64,000 nt of DNA from Planctomycetota bacterium (lineage in GTDB: Bacteria; Planctomycetota; UBA8108; UBA1146): NCBI GenBank assembly GCA_965661685.1, contig CBFIET010000056.1, positions 19,465-83,464 on the forward strand. Reading direction: 5' to 3'. Position numbers and translations under genes: made by a program. Shown piece by piece: positions 1-8,581 of the stretch. Numbering within the stretch: the stretch's first letter is position 1; the number at the start of each line of letters is the position of its first letter. The notes under the pieces were generated by a model, which saw nothing but the letters and a program-made list of their open reading frames with translations, did not search any database and was not told the origin of the DNA.

Positions 1-483
1 TGTTTGATCATGCTGCTGGCGAGGCTGTGGTCGTGGAGCGCACCGACCACAGCAACTGGAATCTGGTGTCACTCCCTCTACCGGGGGATCTTGCACGGGA
101 TCCCGCTGCTGAGCTACGAATGGACTGCGGACCTGTTCCTGTCGGGAATTCTCGGGGTAGGACTGTACTGGCACTTTTCGGGAAGAGTCTGGTGTCGATT
201 TGCCTGCCCACTGGCAGCTTTGATGAACATCTATGCCCGCTTCTCTCGATTTCGCATCATCTCCGACAAGAAACGATGCATCTCTTGCAATGTATGTACT
301 GAGATTTGCCATCAGGGAATCGACGTGATGGGATTCGCACGGCGCGGAATTCCGATGGAGGATCCCCAGTGCGTTCGATGCGGCGCTTGCGTCCATGATT
401 GCCCGACCAAGGTACTGCGCTTCGGGGAGGTGGATGGTGACGGGCGAGTGGTGAGATTCGATTCGCTGGAGGCGACGATCTGA
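1..483 (+). CDS. 4Fe-4S dicluster membrane protein (NapH/MauN-like polyferredoxin), 5' end outside window
   Basis: WCRFACP motif plus two CxxCxxCxxxCP/H clusters (CISCNVCTEICH, CVRCGACVHDCP); frame is open to position 1. Confidence 0.8.
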   Translation, partial: CLIMLLARLWSWSAPTTATGIWCHSLYRGILHGIPLLSYEWTADLFLSGILGVGLYWHFSGRVWCRFACPLAALMNIYARFSRFRIISDKKRCISCNVCTEICHQGIDVMGFARRGIPMEDPQCVRCGACVHDCPTKVLRFGEVDGDGRVVRFDSLEATI

Positions 484-487
484 TCGA

Positions 488-1408
488 TCAGTTGTGCTCT
501 TCAGGAGAGAGTTGTGCTCCCACGAAGGGAACAGGCAAACCGTCATCTCCGATGCCCCAGCCTGCCATCGGGTCGACCCGCCCGCTGCGAGTCATGCGCC
601 TGTGCTTTTTCAGATCATGTTCTTCGACCTTGGCGGAGATCTCCGAGAATGCCTGTTGTCGATCGCCCAGGATCTCGCCCTTGTCCCCCTCGAAAAATGC
701 CGCCAGTGCCCTGAATCGCATCGTAGAGGAGATGGTCGGAGGCAGGTGACCTACCTGCCCGAGAATCTCGATGATCCGTTCTCGCGATGGGCTGGGCCTG
801 ATCTCCGCATCGTCGAGGTCGACGATGCCAAAGTTCCATGGTCCACGGGGGGATCCGCTGACGAGAACATTGTGTGGAGCGAGATCGCCGGTGGTGAATC
901 CGCTCGAGAGCACCTCGTGGAGGCGAGTCCCGAACCAGCGGGCGAAGCGATACCGATCTGCCAGCTCCCAACCACCGATGTCGCTGCGGGCGTACCAGTG
1001 GTGGACCGGCTCCCCCTCCATCCAGGAACTGATGAGAACCGCATCCCGACCGGAGGTGTCGAGGATCAGCGGGGCTGGAAGGGGCAGTCCCATCTCGACA
1101 CCCCGTGCCATCGCCTGCCACGAGCGGAAGGCACGATCCCAGCGAAGTCGCCGGGGCATTCGCCGCGTCAGCCACTGCAATCGTCTGGGAGATGTCGGGT
1201 GGTAGACCTTGCGGGCGAAGTGGACGCCATCCCACTCGATCTTCTCGAGGCGTCCTCGTCTGCCACTGGCGATGATGGAATGCGCAGGCACCTGCAGCAG
1301 CGCCTGCCCCAGTTGAGCAGAGCAATTGCGGGCACGGCGAACAGCACCGTGGATGGTATCGGAATCCCGTGGCACCCTGTCTCCTTCCGGTGCTGGCCTC
1401 GGCGGCAT
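488..1408 (-). CDS. Kdo/WaaP (LPS kinase/InaA)-like protein kinase-fold enzyme
   Basis: ARKVY lysine motif, GDLAPHNVLV catalytic loop, IVDLDD metal-binding motif; start uncertain. Confidence 0.6.
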   Translation of the reverse strand: MPPRPAPEGDRVPRDSDTIHGAVRRARNCSAQLGQALLQVPAHSIIASGRRGRLEKIEWDGVHFARKVYHPTSPRRLQWLTRRMPRRLRWDRAFRSWQAMARGVEMGLPLPAPLILDTSGRDAVLISSWMEGEPVHHWYARSDIGGWELADRYRFARWFGTRLHEVLSSGFTTGDLAPHNVLVSGSPRGPWNFGIVDLDDAEIRPSPSRERIIEILGQVGHLPPTISSTMRFRALAAFFEGDKGEILGDRQQAFSEISAKVEEHDLKKHRRMTRSGRVDPMAGWGIGDDGLPVPFVGAQLSPEEHN

Positions 1409-1501
1409 CGATGGCTACCCCGGGGATGTTATCCCCCCCACGCCATTCGACAAGGGTAGCCTGGTACCGTGAGGAAGAGTGCAGGTGGGAAAGGGGATCG
1501 G

Positions 1502-1945
1502 TTGTTCATCGAAAAGGAACCGCATCCGTTGCTCGATGCCGTGGCGCTGCAAATCGAATTGCCGGCGCCACAGGGGGAGGAGAGTCCTGAGTGGTTGCAG
1601 CAACTGCTGCTTCCCGAGGCAGGTCCAGAGGAGGTGGATCCGCAGCGACGCCAGGCGATCCGCACTCTTCTCCGCCACGGCGGGTACCGCCCCGCAGGGA
1701 GGGGAAAGCCTTCCAGCGAGTGGTTGGTGCGTGCCGCAGCGAGCGGGAAACTGGCCTCCATCTTACCCCTGGTCGATGCGGGGAATGCCGCTTCCCGGGT
1801 GGAGGGGATCCCCCTCAGCGTCGTCGACCTGGACCGGGCGAGTGCGCCCTTCCGCATCGCTCTGGGCAAGCCGGGGGCAAATACATCTTCAACCGATCTC
1901 AGCAGGAGATCGACATCGAAGGGCTGCTGTGCCTCATCGACGGGG
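1502..1945 (+). pseudogene. B3/4 (PheRS-beta editing-like) domain gene, copy 1: frameshifted and 3'-truncated
   Basis: LLRHGGYRPAGRGKPSSEWL..ILPLVDAGN..GIPLSVVDLD; TTG start 1502 aligns to the copy 2 start; one base missing in the G5 run near 1873-1877; homology to copy 2 ends at 1945. Confidence 0.75.
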
Positions 1946-2112
1946 CGGTGGCGTTGCTCTTCTGCGGGTACATCGGCTACGACTGGGCGCGGGCCAATCA
2001 GATCCCAAAAACCGTCGACAATGCCATCGACAGCGCGGCGGCGCTCTACATGGATATCATCAACCTGTTTCTGCGGATTCTTCGGATCATGGGCAGATCG
2101 AGAAGGAGTTGA
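1936..2112 (+). pseudogene. 3' fragment of a Bax inhibitor-1/YccA family membrane protein gene
   Basis: ID(G)AVALLFCGYIGYDWARANQIPKTVDNAIDSAAALYMDIINLFLRILRIMG is a BI-1-type last two helices with both Asp residues; no N-terminal part is present. Confidence 0.7.
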
Positions 2113-2638
2113 TGGCAGGAGTTGGCCAGCGGCGGTAACGGTCAGTTTCTTGTTCTATTCATCCAGGTAGTTGCAACCGTTGTTGCAGGTCTCCTCGACG
2201 GTCACCTCTTGAAGTCCGCATGATTGCTGAGTTGGGCCAGATTAATCTGGAGGAAAAAGCCTCAGCCGGGAAAAGCGCCCCGGGCGTGTGTGGCGCTTTG
2301 CAACCAGAAGTCGATTTCGGCGGTGTTTTTGGCCTGTTGAGCCGGGGTATATCTTCAGGTAGGCTGCAAAGAGGATCGATTTGAGTGGTCCTTTGGTGTG
2401 TTTGAAAGTTGAAAGAGTCATGAATTTGGGAAAGCGTAGATAATGACGCCTATGACCTACTCCTCGTTATTGTTGGTGGAGACATGCGCTGTTGTCGTCG
2501 TCTCATCGATAGCAGTGAATACGTGATACCTCTTCTTCACTGCTGCTTCCGGGGATTTCTTCAACCAACTAAAGCATCACCAGTCACACTTCGAATCTGC
2601 TCTGCGTTGCCAGGTATCGCACCGGAAGGATACGGATC

Positions 2639-3226
2639 ATGGAAGAGTGGTTTGCAGGTTTAACGGGCCTCGCCAAGGCCTATTGGGCAGTTGCCATCGC
2701 CGGAACCACCTTGACGATGGTGATGCTGGTGATGAGCCTCGTCCATCTCGATGGCGACGGCGACATGGACATGGACGGACCCGATGGTCACCCATCGGGC
2801 CTGGGTCTGCTCTCAACCCGTGCCATCAGCGCTTTTCTGCTCGGCTTCGGCTGGGCGGGCATCATCGCCAACAACGAAGGCGCCTCCTACCTGGTGTCGC
2901 TGCTGATCGCCTCAACTTTTGGTGTCTTCTGGCTGTGGGTCATCCTCAAGTTGATGCGTTTCCTTTACAGCCTTCGGCAAGACGGAACGGTGCACTACGA
3001 CAACGCTATCGGCTCCACCGCTCAGGTCTACATTCCAATTCCCGCCGCCATGGAGGGCAATGGTCAGGTAGCCCTGAACGTGCAGGGTCGCTTTCGGGTG
3101 GTCGATGCGGTCACTCGCCACAGAGATGCCATCGAGAAGAACCATAGAGTACGCGTCACCGAAGTCCTCGATCCCAGCACCCTGGTCGTAGAACCCGACA
3201 CTAGCGAAGAAAAGGAAGGTGAATGA
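2639..3226 (+). CDS. NfeD/YuaF-like membrane protein with C-terminal OB fold
   Basis: Three hydrophobic segments, then AIGSTAQVYIPIP..GQVALNVQGR..VDA..VRV OB domain; stop overlaps the flotillin start. Confidence 0.8.
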   Translation: MEEWFAGLTGLAKAYWAVAIAGTTLTMVMLVMSLVHLDGDGDMDMDGPDGHPSGLGLLSTRAISAFLLGFGWAGIIANNEGASYLVSLLIASTFGVFWLWVILKLMRFLYSLRQDGTVHYDNAIGSTAQVYIPIPAAMEGNGQVALNVQGRFRVVDAVTRHRDAIEKNHRVRVTEVLDPSTLVVEPDTSEEKEGE

Positions 3227-4671
3227 TGCCGATTCTGATGCAATCTAGCACCGAAGGTCTTCAAAATATCATTGGCATTGTAGTTCTTGTTGTCTCGCTT
3301 TTCGGCTTATTGATCGCTTTCGCCAAGCGTTACCGCCGCTGTCCATCCGACAAGATCCTGGTGATCTACGGAAAATGGATCGGTAGCGGCGCGGTAGGTG
3401 CCTCGGCGAAGTGCATCCACGGCGGAGCCGCGTTCATCTTCCCCATCCTCCAGGATTACCAGTACCTCGATCTGACTCCGATTCCCATCGACATCAACCT
3501 GCAGGGAGCGCTCTCCCAGCAGAACATCCGCGTGAACACACCTTCGACCTTTACTGTCGGTATCTCTACCGAATCAGGCGTCATGGAAAATGCTGCCGAA
3601 CGCCTGCTCGGGCAGTCGCCGATGGAAGTGCAGGAACTGGCCAGGGACATCATCTTCGGTCAGATGCGTGTGGTCATCGCCACCATGCCGATCGAAGAGA
3701 TCAACGCCGACCGTGACAAACTGATCGACAACATCTCCAACGGCGTTGAGGTCGAACTGAAGAAGGTCGGCCTCAGGCTGATCAACGTCAATGTCCAGGA
3801 CATCACCGATGAATCGGGCTATATCGACGCCCTCGGCAAGGAAGCTGTGGCGCGGGCGATCAACGACGCCAAGATCAAGGTCGCAGAACAGACCCGCTCT
3901 GGTGAGATCGGAAAAGCCAATGCCGAACGGGACCAGCGCATCAGTGTCGCCGCTGCCACGGCGACAGCGGTCGAAGGCGAGAACACCGCCCAGATTACCA
4001 TCGCAAAATCGGACGCCCTCCGACGGGAAGCGCAGGCGGAAGCAGAACGTGTAGCGATAGCAGCCGAGAAGGTCAAGTCTGCCCAGGCGCTTCAAGAAGC
4101 CTACGCCTCCGAGCGCACCGCCGAGACGGAACGCGCCAACCGCGAGCAGGCCACCCAGTACGCCGACATCGTCGTCCCTGCCGAGATCGAGAAGCAACGC
4201 ATCGTGACCCTGGCAGAGGCCGAGGCAGAGAACATCCGTCGCGTCAAGAAGGGCGAAGCCGATGGCCTGAAGTTGATGCTGGTCGCCGAGGCTGATGGTA
4301 CACGTGCCATCCTCACTCAGAAGGCGGAAGGCTTCCGTGACCTGGTCGCCTCTGCCGACAACAATCCCGAGTACGCTTCGATGCTGATGATCACCGAGAA
4401 ACTGCCGGAACTGATCGCTGAACAGGTCAAGGCGATCCAGGGCATCCAGATCGACAAGGTCACCGTCTGGGACAACGGCTCCGGATCGAAGGCGAACGGC
4501 AAGACCGCGACCGCTGATTTCCTGAGCGGCATGGTCGGCTCGTTGCCGCCCCTCCACGCGGTCGCCAAGAGTGCCGGCCTCGAATTGCCCGGTTACCTCG
4601 GCAGCACCTCGAGCAGTGGCAACAGCGAGACTCCGAACAGCGAGACCCCGAGCGAGCCCCCGGAGGAATAA
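3223..4671 (+). CDS. Flotillin (SPFH/band 7) family protein, FloT-like
   Basis: N-terminal TM, SPFH domain (RYRRCPSDKILVIYG, EEINADRDK, GLRLINVNVQDITD), AE-rich coiled coil. Confidence 0.9.
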   Translation: MMPILMQSSTEGLQNIIGIVVLVVSLFGLLIAFAKRYRRCPSDKILVIYGKWIGSGAVGASAKCIHGGAAFIFPILQDYQYLDLTPIPIDINLQGALSQQNIRVNTPSTFTVGISTESGVMENAAERLLGQSPMEVQELARDIIFGQMRVVIATMPIEEINADRDKLIDNISNGVEVELKKVGLRLINVNVQDITDESGYIDALGKEAVARAINDAKIKVAEQTRSGEIGKANAERDQRISVAAATATAVEGENTAQITIAKSDALRREAQAEAERVAIAAEKVKSAQALQEAYASERTAETERANREQATQYADIVVPAEIEKQRIVTLAEAEAENIRRVKKGEADGLKLMLVAEADGTRAILTQKAEGFRDLVASADNNPEYASMLMITEKLPELIAEQVKAIQGIQIDKVTVWDNGSGSKANGKTATADFLSGMVGSLPPLHAVAKSAGLELPGYLGSTSSSGNSETPNSETPSEPPEE

Positions 4672-4819
4672 CCCCCCGCCGCTCGATGTAAGTCTCTCTA
4701 CTGCACCGCCAACCGAGTTTGTCCAGCGTCATTTTCCGCTGATCCCGATGCCGGGGACTCATCGGCTTCGTTGGCTCGATGGGACAAGGCAACCGAGTTA
4801 CCGCTGGGGCAGGAGCACG

Positions 4820-5482
4820 ATGATCATCGAGGTGGAATCTCATCCTCTGCTCGATCCGCTGGCGATCGGTGCGGAACTTGCCGGGCCACAGGGAGAGCAG
4901 AGTCCCGAGTGGTTAGAGCCACTGCTGACCGCCGCTGCTGGCCCTGAATCGGTCGATGAACAGTGTAAGAAGCATATTCGAGCTCTGTAGAGGCATGGTG
5001 GGTACCGTCCTGCGGGTCGTGGCAAACCCTCCAGCGAGTGGCTGGTGGCGGCGGCCGCGCGGGGGGCGTTGCCTTCGATCTTGCCGCTGGTCGATGTGGG
5101 GAATGCGGTCTCTCGCAGCGCGGGAATCCCACTCAGCGTGGTCGACCTCGATCGGCTGGAGGGGCCGCTGAAGATCTCGCTGGGAAGTGCCGGAGAGAGT
5201 TACATCTTCAACCGTTCCGATCAGCAGATCGATCTGGCCGGCCTGCTGTGCCTCATCGACGGGGAGGGGCCCTGTGCCAATGCGGTCAAGGATTCGCAGA
5301 GGACCAAGACCGATGAAAGCACCTCCAGGGTGCTGATCGTGGTGTGGGGGAGCCTCGAACTCCCCGGGGTCGCCGAGCAGCTGGCTGCCAGGGCCCGTGA
5401 GGTGATCGAGAGGCTGGGAGGGGCAGTCACCGGGGTGCAAATCCGCCCAGAGGAGGATCCGGAATCACTGCAAACCGGTTGA
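4820..5482 (+). pseudogene. B3/4 domain gene, copy 2, full length but with in-frame TAG at codon 57 (4988-4990)
   Basis: AGGAG SD and ATG 4820; IRAL*RHGG aligns to IRTLLRHGG of copy 1; the same frame continues to TGA 5482. Confidence 0.8.
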
Positions 5483-5560
5483 AAGAGGCACTAGAATAGT
5501 ACCTTGCCATTCGGTGACCGCTCACCGGATTCGCGGATCAGAGAAAGTCAGGAGGCTCCG

Positions 5561-6814
5561 TTGCCCTTCGCCACACCTCAGGAACTGATCGATGAGATCG
5601 CCCGTGGTGGGATGGTCATCCTCATCGACGATGAGAATCGTGAGAACGAGGGTGATCTCGTCGTGGCTGCGGAGTTGATCACCCCGGAGCAGGTGAACTT
5701 TCTCGCCACCCATGCCAGGGGATTGATCTGTGCGCCATTGGGGAGCGAAATCGTCGACCGACTCGATTTACCGCAGATGCTGGAAGAGCCGAGTGAGCCG
5801 GATGAGTGCGCCTTCACCATGTCGGTGGATGGTCGCGATGGGAACTCCACGGGGATCAGTGTCTTCGATCGTGCCAGGACACTTCGACTTCTTGCCGATC
5901 CAGGATCGGTTCCTGCAGATTTCAATCGACCGGGACACATCTTTCCACTCAAGGCGCATCCACAGGGGCTTGCCAGTCGCCAGGGGCATACCGAAGCATC
6001 GGTTCACCTGATGCGGTGTGCCGGCCTACAGCCGGCTGCGGTCATCTGCGAAGTGATGAATGAAGACGGATCGATGGCACGATCCCCCGATCTACTGCGA
6101 TTTGCCGACGAGCACGGCCTGCTCATCGGCACCATCGAGAGCCTGATCGAGGAGCACCGGGGTGGAGAGGTGATCGCCTCCCCGTCCACCGTTGAAAAGA
6201 CGCTCGCGGCCTGCGAGGTGAGATCTCTTTCCAGCGCTCAACTTCCCACTCCCTTCGGGATCTTCGAGATCGAGAGCTGGAGTGCCGGGAGTGGAGAACC
6301 GATCACCGTGTTGAGACAGGGCAACCTGGGTCACGTGGAGGGGGAAGAAGCTCCGCTGGTACGAGTTCACTCCGCGTGCTTTACCGGCGATGTACTCGGT
6401 TCTCTTCGGTGCGATTGTGGTGCGCAACTTCACATGGCGCTGGAGGCGATCGGTTCCCGGGAGCGAGGAGCCTTGCTGTACCTTCCACAGGAAGGTCGTG
6501 GAATCGGCCTGGCCAGCAAGATCGAGGCGTATCATCTGCAGCAGATGGAGGGTCTCGATACGGTGGAAGCGAATGAACGACTGGGATTCCCTCCCGACCT
6601 GCGGGAGTACCTGGAAGCGTCTCAGGTCCTGCTCAAGATGGGGGGAAGTCGCATCCGCCTGCTCACCAACAATCCAGCCAAGGTCGAAGGACTGGTGGCA
6701 GGAGGAGTGGAAGTGGTGGAACGCATTCCCATCGAACCGAAGCCAGGACCGGTGAATCTGTCGTACCTCCGGGCCAAGAAGGACAAGCTGGGACACCTCT
6801 TCGAGGCGATTTGA
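5561..6814 (+). CDS. ribBA: Bifunctional DHBP synthase / GTP cyclohydrolase II
   Basis: DDENRENEGD, RPGHIFPL, GHTEAS; RVHSACFTGDVLGSLRCDCG, QEGRGIGL, LLTNNP; start uncertain (5504 or 5561). Confidence 0.95.
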   Translation: MPFATPQELIDEIARGGMVILIDDENRENEGDLVVAAELITPEQVNFLATHARGLICAPLGSEIVDRLDLPQMLEEPSEPDECAFTMSVDGRDGNSTGISVFDRARTLRLLADPGSVPADFNRPGHIFPLKAHPQGLASRQGHTEASVHLMRCAGLQPAAVICEVMNEDGSMARSPDLLRFADEHGLLIGTIESLIEEHRGGEVIASPSTVEKTLAACEVRSLSSAQLPTPFGIFEIESWSAGSGEPITVLRQGNLGHVEGEEAPLVRVHSACFTGDVLGSLRCDCGAQLHMALEAIGSRERGALLYLPQEGRGIGLASKIEAYHLQQMEGLDTVEANERLGFPPDLREYLEASQVLLKMGGSRIRLLTNNPAKVEGLVAGGVEVVERIPIEPKPGPVNLSYLRAKKDKLGHLFEAI

Positions 6815-6865
6815 TTCGAGACGATCTGGAGTCCACTCCGATGGAGTGTTGCCTCGGGATGGAAA

Positions 6866-6898
6866 ACGGGCCCGCAGGGAAGATCCCTGCGGGCCCGT
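6866..6898. terminator. Probable bidirectional intrinsic terminator between convergent genes
   Basis: Perfect 15-bp stem ACGGGCCCGCAGGGA-aga-TCCCTGCGGGCCCGT with T-rich flank on + and short T run on -. Confidence 0.8.
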
Positions 6899-6920
6899 AT
6901 TTCTTTCTGAAGTCGTATGC

Positions 6921-8252
6921 CTAGTTACAACCTGCGGTGTCGTATCCCGGGCAGTCGAGGGTGTCGTCGGTCGGGTCGATGCCACATGTGCTGGGACCCG
7001 GCGCTGGAGGCTCGGTGCCACCGGCGAAGATGTAGTTGAGGACCGAGATCGCATCGGAGATGTCCACGCCACCGTCGTCATTGGTGTCGACGGCGTCGAG
7101 GCAGTCGGACGGAACTGCCTGGAACAGGTAGCTCAGGGTTCCGATGGCGTCGGAGATGTCCACCATGGTGTCGCCGTTGACATCGCCACGCTTGAAGCGC
7201 TCTGGCAGGCACATGCTGGTGCAACTGGCAGGGGCGAGGGCCTCACCACAGCCACCGGTTCCACCGATTTCCATCGTGTAGTTGACGAGTTCGGCGGGGA
7301 GAACGTAGGTGGTGGTGGTGGCGGTTCCGGGCATCGATGAGATCAGAGCGCCGTCGACGCTGAGGCTCAATCCCTGGTAGCCAGGATCGTTATTGGTCCA
7401 GCTGAGGGTGACGGTGCAGGTCTCGTGATCGATGGTGCAAGTCAGGTCAGAGGGTCCAGCGGAATCAGGAGTCTGCGAACAGGTTCCACTCCCGGAGGCA
7501 GTTGCTGAAGCCTGTCCGTTGCGAATCCCCACCACATCATAGCTGGCGGCAACTCCGTCGGAGAGGGAGATGGGCATGCTGCTATCGGTGCCGGCAAGGA
7601 CAACGGTGGAACCGTTGTGGGTCACCTCGAGGCTGTCGTAGGCGTCTCCGTTGGTCCAGGAAAGGGTGCCCGCACAGGTGCAAGCGTCATCGACGGTCAC
7701 CGTGACACCGGTCGGCGCAGGCGTTTCGATGGTGAGAGATCCGTGGTCGAGGATCGGCTGCTGGGAGATTCCACCCACCGAGATCACACAGTTGACCGTG
7801 GGGCTGCCAAGGCTGTTGACGAAGGTGAGACCAGTCGTGGTTCCGGGACTCGCGGTACCGGCGAGGCTGTACTGAATCTGCGCCACTTCACTGGTTCCGA
7901 CAGGAATCGATTCCAGGGGAGGAGCGAGACTGACGATGGCACCGACCACCACGCCGATTCCACCGGTCGGGGTGAGTTCGAAGTGGAAGTAGTCCGCTCC
8001 ACTGCCGGCGTTGCTGGAGGCGAGACCGCTTCCTTCCGACACGAGAACTGCCGTCAGCAGTGTCGAGTCGTGTGACAGACCCAGTTGGAATCCCTGCGCT
8101 GGGCTGGGAGTCTCTAACTGGACGGAAACGGTGACAGAGGAGCCTGGCAGTCCTGCAGTAGCAGGAGCATGGAGGGCATAATTTTGTCCCTGAAGTGTGT
8201 TAACTGTGCAAAGGAGACAAAATGCTCCCAACAATATCTTCCAGTTCAGCAT
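6921..8252 (-). CDS. Secreted protein with cohesin-like/Ig-like/FN3-like domains and C-terminal dockerin-like module
   Basis: SD GAGGAAGG before ATG 8252; signal peptide; FKRGDVNGDTMVDISDAI..DAVDTNDDGGVDISDAI paired Ca-loop repeats. Confidence 0.8.
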   Translation of the reverse strand: MLNWKILLGAFCLLCTVNTLQGQNYALHAPATAGLPGSSVTVSVQLETPSPAQGFQLGLSHDSTLLTAVLVSEGSGLASSNAGSGADYFHFELTPTGGIGVVVGAIVSLAPPLESIPVGTSEVAQIQYSLAGTASPGTTTGLTFVNSLGSPTVNCVISVGGISQQPILDHGSLTIETPAPTGVTVTVDDACTCAGTLSWTNGDAYDSLEVTHNGSTVVLAGTDSSMPISLSDGVAASYDVVGIRNGQASATASGSGTCSQTPDSAGPSDLTCTIDHETCTVTLSWTNNDPGYQGLSLSVDGALISSMPGTATTTTYVLPAELVNYTMEIGGTGGCGEALAPASCTSMCLPERFKRGDVNGDTMVDISDAIGTLSYLFQAVPSDCLDAVDTNDDGGVDISDAISVLNYIFAGGTEPPAPGPSTCGIDPTDDTLDCPGYDTAGCN

Positions 8253-8334
8253 CTGAAACTTTCCTTCCTCGCTGTGATTTCGGGATGTGCAGAGACCCGA
8301 GGTCCATCGATCACCGGAACGGCGACCTTGGTTA

Positions 8335-8385
8335 TTGACCATTCTATTGTCAACGGGTGCATTTACTAGCGTCTGCAATGTAAAT
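8335..8385. promoter_or_regulatory. AT-rich upstream region with two inverted repeats (possible operators) and a TTGACA hexamer
   Basis: TTGAC-N9-GTCAA (8335-8353) and ATTTAC-N13-GTAAAT (8361-8385); minus-strand TTGACA at 8353-8348; no convincing -10 found. Confidence 0.35.
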
Positions 8386-8581
8386 AAAAAAGGACTTACA
8401 GGCACTATTGACAGCCGTGGCGGTCAGGTCCGACAGAGGAAGATATCCGTCAGTGATGATCGGTGTCGTTGGACCGGTGAGTCGGAAAAATTTACCGGTA
8501 GAAGAGATGCGCAAGAGGAAGAGCAGGGGAGAAGCAGCTGGGGAGGATCATTCGAGGGGCCCCGAGGGGCCCCTCTCCACA

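Noticed and set aside
4988-4990. Pyrrolysine or programmed amber readthrough in B3/4 copy 2
   Set aside because: The aligned residue is Leu, one substitution explains it, TAG is a normal stop elsewhere (e.g. 18784, 25529) and no pyl genes are visible
1946-5264. Autonomous mobile element (IS, prophage, ICE)
   Set aside because: No transposase, integrase or terminal inverted repeats; kept only as a possible recombination islet
5483-5560. FMN riboswitch upstream of ribBA
   Set aside because: The gap is under 80 bp and no RFN consensus is visible
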